Made by a program: the position numbers and the translations under genes. From an uncultured Paenibacillaceae bacterium (GTDB lineage: Bacteria > Bacillota > Clostridia > Lachnospirales > Lachnospiraceae), in contig CAURBV010000021.1 in assembly GCA_963523055.1 (NCBI GenBank), positions 8,556 through 72,555 on the forward strand: DNA of 64,000 nt. The letters are read 5' to 3'. Positions 30,072 to 37,915 of this stretch are shown one piece after another (the stretch's first letter is position 1; every line of letters starts with the position of its first letter). A model generated the notes under the pieces. It saw only the letters and a list, made by a program, of their open reading frames with translations. It ran no database searches and was not told the DNA's origin.

Positions 30072-31070
30072 ATGATGCTGGAGGGAAGACCATTAGAGGG
30101 CCGTGCACTGGAGGAATTAAAAATATTTTTAGCCAGTCAGGATCTTAACTATGATGAGGGGATTGAATATAGTGCATGTATACTTGACGATGATTACAAA
30201 ATCATTGCAGCAGGTTCTGTGGAAGAGAATGTGTTAAAGTGCATTGCAGTGGATCCTCATCATCTTGGAGAAGGATTATCCGGCAGTGTGGTATCCCAGC
30301 TGATTCAGTATGAGTTTGAGCATGGAAGAAGCAGGCTTGTCCTATATACAAAACCAAAGAATGAGGAACTGTTTAAGAGTTTAGGATTTTATACCGTGTT
30401 CCAGACAAAATCTGTATTGTTTATGGAGAATGAGAAACAGGGATTTGAAAAATTTATCCGGGCAATACAGGAAATAACACCAATCGATGCCAAAGATTAT
30501 GGGAGAATAGTTGGTGCAATCGTAGCCAACTGTAATCCGTTTACACTGGGACACCGGTATTTAATAGAAGAAGCTTTGAAACAGTGTGACTATCTGCATG
30601 TGTTTGTATTATCGGATAAGCGGACCTTTTATGGCGCAGAAGACCGTTATCAGATGGTTTTAAAGGGAACGGAAGATTTAAATCGGGTCATAGTTCATCA
30701 GGCTTCTGATTATATGGTTTCTGCCGCCACTTTTCCCACCTACTATCTGAAAGAAAGGACGTTTGCAAATAAAGCCAATTGTGAATTTGATTTGGAACTG
30801 TTTGCAGAAATAATTGCCCCTCCCCTTAAGATAACCAGACGGTTCGTAGGAACAGAACCTATATGCAGAGTAACTGGTTCTTATAATACAGCAATGAAAC
30901 AGATTCTCCCTGAATATGGAATTGAAGTCATAGAGATTGAACGAAAAATACAGGGAGAGGAAGTGATCAGCGCTTCCAGAGTCAGAGAAGCTGTTAAAAA
31001 AGGCAGGTTTCAGGATGCAGAAAGACTGGTACCGGAAACGACATGGAACTATTTAACACAAAAAACATAA
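30072..31070 (+). CDS. citC: [Citrate (pro-3S)-lyase] ligase
   Basis: GNAT-like N-terminus (LKCIAV), NCNPFTLGHRYL, SAATFPTY, RFVGTEP, ISASRVR. Confidence 0.93.
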   Translation: MMLEGRPLEGRALEELKIFLASQDLNYDEGIEYSACILDDDYKIIAAGSVEENVLKCIAVDPHHLGEGLSGSVVSQLIQYEFEHGRSRLVLYTKPKNEELFKSLGFYTVFQTKSVLFMENEKQGFEKFIRAIQEITPIDAKDYGRIVGAIVANCNPFTLGHRYLIEEALKQCDYLHVFVLSDKRTFYGAEDRYQMVLKGTEDLNRVIVHQASDYMVSAATFPTYYLKERTFANKANCEFDLELFAEIIAPPLKITRRFVGTEPICRVTGSYNTAMKQILPEYGIEVIEIERKIQGEEVISASRVREAVKKGRFQDAERLVPETTWNYLTQKT

Positions 31071-31094
31071 GTATAAAGGCAATTTAAAGTAGGA

Positions 31095-31134
31095 AACAAA
31101 GACCATCGGCTTACTTTGTCGGTGGTCTTTTGTT
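31095..31134. terminator. Terminator of the cit operon, probably bidirectional
   Basis: AACAAAGACCATCGGC / GTCGGTGGTCTTTTGTT. Confidence 0.8.
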
Positions 31135-31173
31135 ACCCCTATAAAGGCTTATTGCTGACAAAACAAGGCAGTC

Positions 31174-32736
31174 TTATACCAATTCTGTGACTTTGAGGAT
31201 AATCAGGGAGAGCCTGACTCTTATAATAATATCAATCTTGTTTAAATCAAGGCCGGTGATATCTTTAATCTTTTGAATGCGGTATTTTAGTGTATTAAAA
31301 TGAATGTGCAGACAATCCGAAGCAGTGTGCAGATCCAGCTGATGCTCCAGGTAGCAGGTCAGTGATTCCATTAAGGAGGTACTATGAAGCCTGTCATATT
31401 CAATCAGATCATGAATACCAGGCTCAACTATGTGAACAGGCGGGTTTTGTAGCAGATAGGTTTCTGCCAGATCTTCTAAAATATAATCTTCATAATAAAA
31501 CAATTGTCCCAGGCCTTTCTTTTGTCTTGAAAAATCAAAGGCTTTTTTTGCCTGCTCTAAGGCATGGCCTGCCTGTGAAAGGTCTAAAAAGCCGCGGCTT
31601 ACTCCTGCAAACAAATGATTTGCACTTAGTATCTGCAGAAAATTCTGCAGACGGTCATCATCAAGAGGAGACTTCGTGCATTGATCAGAATCCAAAAGAA
31701 TCACTATTTTACCTTCGAACATCTGAGTCAGTCCCCCGATAAAAAATTTATTCAGCAGTGTACAAATATAAACCATTTTTTCTCTGGAGTCAAAAAGGTC
31801 ATTGTCTGTAATATAGAGTAAGTATATGTATTTTTTAAAATGGAGTCCGGATTTCTTCATTAACTGCCTGATCTTTTCCGGATTGGGCTGCTGGGTTTTT
31901 AAAACATAAAGAAGTATCTCCGATATTGGGGAATCGTAGGAGCAGTAAAAATGCGCATCATTACATAGCCGGATTCCCGCAAAATGGGTGAAGATCTGTA
32001 ATATTTCACTGGAAAAATCCGTAAAGGGGTGGTTGTATTCCAGTTCGCTGACAAAAGCGATATTCATATGACTCTGTCTGATGCGAAGAATACGCTGGCG
32101 GTGTTTATAAATATCCGGGTAATTCATAATATATGGCGTCGGGGAATTGATCATATGACGTTGAAATGCGTAATCAGCGTTGCAGATATCGTTGTATTTT
32201 TGAGAGAAAGTCCGATTCTCCCTATATTCCATCCACTGAGGCTCATCCAACTGTTCTTCACCCCAGCAGGAGACCACCGGATTGTGGGCGGAATCGATCA
32301 CTCTTAACGGATTACCAACATATTGAAAGGTCACTTCCAGCATTTTCTTCATGGCATCGGGATCGTCTAATGCCTGGATCATCTCTTCCTTGTACTGGTA
32401 CAGGGTCAGTTCCTCGAAAAAGAATTCCTCCGTCAGGTTAATTAATTTTGGCAATGTCACCAGACTGGGATCACAGACAATCCAGTTGATTTTATTTTCC
32501 ATGCCATAGGAGCGGGGGAGTTCCTTATCTCCAATGAGCAAAAGATTGACAGCTTCTGAAAGCGGGAGAGAGTCAGGCAGGTCGGATACATGTGCGATGT
32601 AAACCATATCGGAACAGAATGCCTTAAGTAAGCCATCCAGACAACGGCATGATCTGATGGTCAAATCATTACTAATATGACAATGACAGCTGTAATTCTT
32701 TAAAAACTCCGCCAGATTTTTCATGTGCTTTGCCAT
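31174..32736 (-). CDS. PucR/CdaR-family regulator
   Basis: C-terminal L..YL......AS..LHIHFNTLKYRI.KI..I.G.DL. Confidence 0.88.
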   Translation of the reverse strand: MAKHMKNLAEFLKNYSCHCHISNDLTIRSCRCLDGLLKAFCSDMVYIAHVSDLPDSLPLSEAVNLLLIGDKELPRSYGMENKINWIVCDPSLVTLPKLINLTEEFFFEELTLYQYKEEMIQALDDPDAMKKMLEVTFQYVGNPLRVIDSAHNPVVSCWGEEQLDEPQWMEYRENRTFSQKYNDICNADYAFQRHMINSPTPYIMNYPDIYKHRQRILRIRQSHMNIAFVSELEYNHPFTDFSSEILQIFTHFAGIRLCNDAHFYCSYDSPISEILLYVLKTQQPNPEKIRQLMKKSGLHFKKYIYLLYITDNDLFDSREKMVYICTLLNKFFIGGLTQMFEGKIVILLDSDQCTKSPLDDDRLQNFLQILSANHLFAGVSRGFLDLSQAGHALEQAKKAFDFSRQKKGLGQLFYYEDYILEDLAETYLLQNPPVHIVEPGIHDLIEYDRLHSTSLMESLTCYLEHQLDLHTASDCLHIHFNTLKYRIQKIKDITGLDLNKIDIIIRVRLSLIILKVTELV

Positions 32737-32981
32737 AAACGTCCTCTTTTCATATGAATTTATGAGTCATTATGGAAAATATTATATCACTGTTTTTATG
32801 TGGATTCCAGAATGGATTGTTAAAAATAATTAAAAAATGACGATTAAATTGTTTGATTTAACAAAAGACATCTTAGTAAAACCAATAAGAAACTGGTAAA
32901 AGTTTATAGATTCAGACATACCCTTTTCCTTTTGTATTTGATACTATTTTTTCATAGCAACAATAAAAGGAGAGGACAAAT

Positions 32982-34976
32982 ATGCAGAACAAATACGAAA
33001 AGCTTTTTGAACCGGTTAAAATCGGCAATGTAACATTGAAAAACCGTTTTGTTATGGCACCCATGGGCCCTCAGGGTCTGGGAGACTCCGTGGGAGGCTT
33101 TAATCAGAGAGGGATTGATTATTATGTGGAGCGGGCCAAGGGCGGAACAGGGCTTATTATCACAGGAGTATGTTTCGTTGATAATGAAGCAGAGCATCAC
33201 TCCATGCCAAGTACTCCCTGTCCCACCATTAATCCCGTGCATTTTACCCGGACTGCAAGAGAAATGACAGAACGGATTCATGCTTATGATGCCAAAGTAT
33301 TTCTCCAGTTAAGTGCTGGCTTTGGCCGGGTTGCACCTCCTGTTGATCCGGATTTAAAGCCGGTATCTGCGTCAGAGATTATGAACCGCTGGGTAGATAT
33401 CCCTTGCAGAGCTTTGACAAAAGAGGAAATCCATCGGATTGTGAAACGGTTTGGGGAAGGAGCAGCAATTGCTAAAAATGCGGGATTTGATGGAATTCAG
33501 ATTCATGCGGTTCATGAGGGTTACCTGCTTGACCAGTTTGCGATCTCATTTTTTAATAACAGAACGGATGAATACGGCGGGAGCCTGGAAAACCGCCTTC
33601 GCTTTGCAAGAGAAATTGTGGAGGAAATAAAGAAGACCTGCGGGGATGATTTCACAGTTACGCTTCGTTACAGTCCCAAATCATTTATAAAAGACTGGCG
33701 TGTCGGTGCTCTTCCTGGTGAAGTATTTGAAGAAAAGGGCCGTGACCTGCCCGAGGGGATTGAAGCAGCGCAGTTGTTGGAACAGTACGGGTATGATTCC
33801 CTTGACGTGGATGTGGGCTGCTATGATGCGTGGTTTTGGAATCATCCGCCAATGTATCAGAAGAAAGGACTTTACATACCTTATGCAAAAGCAATAAAAG
33901 AGGCAGTAAATGGTCCTGTTATCTGTGCTGGCCGTATGGATAACCCGGATCTGGCTCTTTCTGCCATTGAAGACGGAAGCTGCGATTTAATCGGACTTGG
34001 ACGTCCTCTTCTGGCAGACCCCGATTATGTAAATAAACTGCGTTTCGGCCAGACGGAACTGATTCGTCCGTGCCTTTCCTGTCATGAGGGATGCCTCGGC
34101 CGGATGGTTCATTATGGATGGCTGAACTGTGCTGTCAACCCTGCCTGCGCAAGAGAACGGATTACAGAATTAAAGCCAGTTCTGAAAAAGAAAAAGGTAA
34201 TGATTATTGGCGGAGGAGTGGCTGGATGCGAAGCTGCCAGGGTGTTAAGTTTAAGAGGTCATCAGCCAGTGATCTATGAAAAAACAGACCGTTTGGGAGG
34301 AAATTTAATTCCAGGAGGAACACCGGATTTTAAAGAAGATGATCATGCACTGGCAAAGTGGTATGAGAACACATTAAAAGACTTGTCAGTGCCGGTTTAT
34401 TATAATACAGAGGTGACTCCTGAAATGGTTGGCAAAGCCAGACCAGATACGGTCATTGTTGCAACCGGTTCAAGGCCTAAGGTATTCGGTCTTGGAGATG
34501 ACAGTAAGGTATTCACAGCCGAAGAGGTTCTTCTCGGAATCAGAGATCCGGGCAGTCGTGTTGTGGTTTTAGGGGGAGGTCTGGTTGGTTGTGAACTGGC
34601 TTTGTGGCTTAGGAATAACGGAAAAGAAGTTTCCATTGTGGAAGCCCAGGACGGTTTGTTAAAACTAAATGGTCCGCTGTGTTTTGCCAATATCAGTATG
34701 CTTTTATCCTTGATTGAAAGCAAAGGAGTATCTGTTTATACAGGTTCCAAAGCAATTCGTACCACGGAACAGGGAGTTCTGATTGAGACTGGAGCTGGAG
34801 AAGAGGAATTAAACGCGGATTCTGTAGTGCTTGCAGTTGGTTATGATTCCGAAAACAGACTTTATGATAAATTAAAATATGATGTCAGGGATCTTTACAT
34901 ATTAGGAGATGCAAGAAAGGTTTCCAATATTATGTACGCGATCTGGGATGCATTTGAGGTGGCATCAAATATCTGA
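32982..34976 (+). CDS. 2-enoate reductase-like flavin/Fe-S oxidoreductase (OYE family)
   Basis: KNRFVMAPMG, YYVERAKGGTGLIITG, HAVHEGYLLDQF, CLSCHEGC...CAVNP, GGGVAG and GGGLVG Rossmann motifs. Confidence 0.88.
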   Translation: MQNKYEKLFEPVKIGNVTLKNRFVMAPMGPQGLGDSVGGFNQRGIDYYVERAKGGTGLIITGVCFVDNEAEHHSMPSTPCPTINPVHFTRTAREMTERIHAYDAKVFLQLSAGFGRVAPPVDPDLKPVSASEIMNRWVDIPCRALTKEEIHRIVKRFGEGAAIAKNAGFDGIQIHAVHEGYLLDQFAISFFNNRTDEYGGSLENRLRFAREIVEEIKKTCGDDFTVTLRYSPKSFIKDWRVGALPGEVFEEKGRDLPEGIEAAQLLEQYGYDSLDVDVGCYDAWFWNHPPMYQKKGLYIPYAKAIKEAVNGPVICAGRMDNPDLALSAIEDGSCDLIGLGRPLLADPDYVNKLRFGQTELIRPCLSCHEGCLGRMVHYGWLNCAVNPACARERITELKPVLKKKKVMIIGGGVAGCEAARVLSLRGHQPVIYEKTDRLGGNLIPGGTPDFKEDDHALAKWYENTLKDLSVPVYYNTEVTPEMVGKARPDTVIVATGSRPKVFGLGDDSKVFTAEEVLLGIRDPGSRVVVLGGGLVGCELALWLRNNGKEVSIVEAQDGLLKLNGPLCFANISMLLSLIESKGVSVYTGSKAIRTTEQGVLIETGAGEEELNADSVVLAVGYDSENRLYDKLKYDVRDLYILGDARKVSNIMYAIWDAFEVASNI

Positions 34977-35048
34977 TTTTAGATCAGATGAGTTTCAAAC
35001 CCGTATGCCGCACAGAAAATAACACCATTTTGTGCCAAAGATTATGGG

Positions 35049-35085
35049 AAAACAGTTGGCGCTGTTGCTGCCAACTGTTTTTTTT
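35049..35085. terminator. Intrinsic terminator
   Basis: AAAACAGTTGGC / GCCAACTGTTTT plus T-run. Confidence 0.85.
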
Positions 35086-35131
35086 CGGCGATATAATACA
35101 CTTAAGTGTAAACAGATTTCTGCTTTTACTG

Positions 35132-35521
35132 CTATATTATTAGTTCTTTGTCATTTTTTATTATATTTTTCTTATTGATTCCATCAGGTACCATTCTGTA
35201 AACGAGGAACCTGACATCCTGTTCCGAATCATTTTCCAGTGTATGAATTGAATTTTTCACTCTGACGATTGAATTTTGTGAAACAATCCGGCATTCTGTC
35301 TGATTCTCTTCTTTCCATAAAATTTTTAATTCTCCGGAAATTACGAATATAACTTCCTCAATTTTGTGATGCTTGTGCCATTCCTGAATGGCATGAGGAG
35401 GAAGAGTGTTGAGATGAATTTCATATTCATCAAAAATGAAATAATTGACTTTTGTCTGATTCTCTTTTTCTATGTAGATTGAGTCTGCAGTATCATAAAT
35501 TTCTAGATTCATAATAAACAC
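35132..35521 (-). CDS. Cupin-domain protein
   Basis: WHKH...EEVIFVISG and HTLEN motifs; likely start is one of the first Mets after AGGAG. Confidence 0.8.
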   Translation of the reverse strand: MFIMNLEIYDTADSIYIEKENQTKVNYFIFDEYEIHLNTLPPHAIQEWHKHHKIEEVIFVISGELKILWKEENQTECRIVSQNSIVRVKNSIHTLENDSEQDVRFLVYRMVPDGINKKNIIKNDKELII

Positions 35522-35667
35522 TCCTTTTTTTCTTTAGTATAAGCCTGTATTTTGTGATTTACAAGTAGAAGCAGTACACGTTATGTTTAATTTAATTGCA
35601 CTTTTCATATTTGGCTGATAAGATGGATTAGGTAAATTATGGAAAAAGTCAAAGGGGGGGTCAATGA

Positions 35668-36462
35668 TTGAACAAGAAAGAATTTAAACTGAGGGAAAAA
35701 CGCTACGGCTGGGTGGATTTTTTTGCGATTCCATTTGCCTGTGACTCGCAGGCTGCTGCGGCACTGGGAGTCCAGAAACTGCTGACGGCACTCTCTGCTG
35801 TATTTCAGGTAGCAGTTCTGGCCAGATTTCTGGATTCTGCCGACCTTGCGTTAAAGAGTAACGGGCAGTGGAGCAGTGTGTTTGTGTGGTTTGCTATTCT
35901 GGCAGTTTGCGTGGGGTGGAGAAGAATTTCCTTTCGGGTGGGAGTGGTTTTTACAGAGCGTATCAGAATATGTGCTGCAGCCCAAATGAACAGGGCTCTC
36001 ACAGAAAAACGCTCCAGACTTTCCTATTATCTGGTGGAGAATGAAGAAAGCTGGAATCTAATTAATCGGGTGAGTAAGCAGCCGGAACGGCAGATCACCA
36101 TGATGCTCCAACGTTCTTACAATCTGATTCTGTATGTAATCCGGATATTTGGTGTATTGTATATTGTTTTTACACAAGTATGGTGGATTGGTATTCTTAC
36201 TGCAGTTCTTTGTATTCCTTTAATTATCCTGTCACTAAAAACCGGAGAGAAGAATTATAATGCAAAGAAACTGGTTGCAGATCATGAACGACGCTATCAG
36301 TATCTGGCTAATGTGCTTTCCGGCCGTGAGGCTGTCAATGAGCGGACGCTGTTTGGTTATTCTGAAAAGCTGAACGGAGACTGGTATGAGCAATATGAGG
36401 AAGCCCGGCTCATAAAATGGAGAGCTAACTTAAAGTTAGCCTGCAGTGTGAGGGGAGGTTGA
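35668..36462 (+). pseudogene. Truncated ABC exporter (part of the TM domain only)
   Basis: ABC-exporter TM-like sequence (RRYQYL..VLS.RE...ERTLF) stops at 264 aa; no ATPase domain or continuation downstream. Confidence 0.65.
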
Positions 36463-36493
36463 CGCACAGGCACAGTGGTATCAGTAACACTAG

Positions 36494-36538
36494 AAAGGAA
36501 CTGCAGCCCGGAAGTTTTTTCAGGGCTGCAGTTCCTTT
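36494..36538. terminator. Bidirectional terminator
   Basis: AAAGGAACTGCAGCCC / GGGCTGCAGTTCCTTT perfect stem. Confidence 0.88.
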
Positions 36539-36549
36539 TGAACATATGT

Positions 36550-37209
36550 TTAACCAAATATCTCTTTCAATTCTTTCCGGCTTCCCTCATCGGTTAAAGC
36601 CAGAATATCATCCCCCACCAGGATTTGGGAATCCCCTTTTGGAATGACTAAGGCATCGTCTCTGGTAATGGCGATCAGTACTGTCTTTTTCGGTATGGAC
36701 AGGTCTTTCAGTAACTGGTTAGCTGCCCTGGCAGACTCTGCAACTTTCATCTGGATAATGGAATAATCGCCCCGTTTTAATTTTAATATGGTGAACATAT
36801 CCTCCAAATCCATTTCTTCTACTACAAAGTGAGCCATTAAATCGGCCTGATTGACACCCACATCTACGCCCATACTGCTGTTATAAAGCCAGGCATTTTT
36901 GGGATTGTTCACCCTGGCAACCACCTTTGGAACACCAAATTCCATTTTAGCCAGAGTGGATACGACCAGATTGATTTCATCGGCATCGGTTACTGCTGCG
37001 ATAACATCGGCAGAGTCGATCCCTGCCTGTTCCAGTACAGCAGGGTCTGATCCAAAGCCGTTAATTAATACTTCCGAAGGCAGTTCTTTTAATAGTTTGT
37101 TAAAATTTTTATTCCGATGTTCAATTACTTTTATTTCATGTCCGTTGGATAATAACAGGGAAGCAAGATAGGTTCCGACCTGGCCCCCTCCTACAATAAT
37201 CACTTTCAT
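36550..37209 (-). CDS. TrkA/RCK-family protein
   Basis: MKVIIVGGGQVG, LEQAGI..AD, DEINL, RCK_C domain (IPKGD..I..GD). Confidence 0.9.
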   Translation of the reverse strand: MKVIIVGGGQVGTYLASLLLSNGHEIKVIEHRNKNFNKLLKELPSEVLINGFGSDPAVLEQAGIDSADVIAAVTDADEINLVVSTLAKMEFGVPKVVARVNNPKNAWLYNSSMGVDVGVNQADLMAHFVVEEMDLEDMFTILKLKRGDYSIIQMKVAESARAANQLLKDLSIPKKTVLIAITRDDALVIPKGDSQILVGDDILALTDEGSRKELKEIFG

Positions 37210-37259
37210 AGCTTTCGTGGCATCCTTTCTTTCCATTTTCTCACAGTTCGCCTTGTTAT

Positions 37260-37910
37260 CTATAACAGATCCAGCATGGATTTCAACTTATCTGTTGCAG
37301 CTATAATAACTGAAATGTACAGGATATCCTCAGCCTCCAGAATTGTACCAAGAGTCGGTAAAAAAGTTTTATTATTCCGGCTGATGGAAATAACCTGTAT
37401 TTCACCCAGCACTGTGATCTCATTTACCTGATGACCGACCAAAAGAGAGGGAACCTCTATGCGGACCAGATTCACAGTTCCATTTCCAATGTCATAGACA
37501 CTGTCCAGCTGATGATAGGTCAAAAACTGGGTTGCCCGTTCAATACCCCAGGAAGTGGTGGATATTGTCTGAATGCCAAGTCTGTGATAGATTTCTGCCT
37601 TTTTCGTATCATACAGTCTGGCAACTACATGAGGGACACGGTAAATCGTTCGGGCAATTCTGGCGATTACGGCATTAATCTCATCACTTTCTGTACAGGA
37701 TACCACAGCATCAACTTTGTCTATCCTGGCTTTGCTTAACACGTCCCGGTCAAACCCAAATCCCAGAACCTTAATTCCTGCGAAATCGCTTCCCAGGCTG
37801 TCTAAAACTTCCGGATTTGAATCAATGACTGTTACCTGGTGTCCTTTTTTAATTAAATTATTGGATAAGCCGATTCCCATTTTTCCTAAGCCAACTACAA
37901 TCACTTTCAT
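37260..37910 (-). CDS. TrkA/RCK-family protein
   Basis: MKVIVVGLGKMG, GFGFDRDVL, VVARLYD, RCK_C domain; RBS GAGGTG. Confidence 0.9.
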   Translation of the reverse strand: MKVIVVGLGKMGIGLSNNLIKKGHQVTVIDSNPEVLDSLGSDFAGIKVLGFGFDRDVLSKARIDKVDAVVSCTESDEINAVIARIARTIYRVPHVVARLYDTKKAEIYHRLGIQTISTTSWGIERATQFLTYHQLDSVYDIGNGTVNLVRIEVPSLLVGHQVNEITVLGEIQVISISRNNKTFLPTLGTILEAEDILYISVIIAATDKLKSMLDLL

Positions 37911-37915
37911 TACGA

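Noticed and set aside
36459..36647. 62-aa ORF as the continuation of the truncated ABC gene
   Set aside because: Runs through the terminator and antisense to trkA; no ABC motifs
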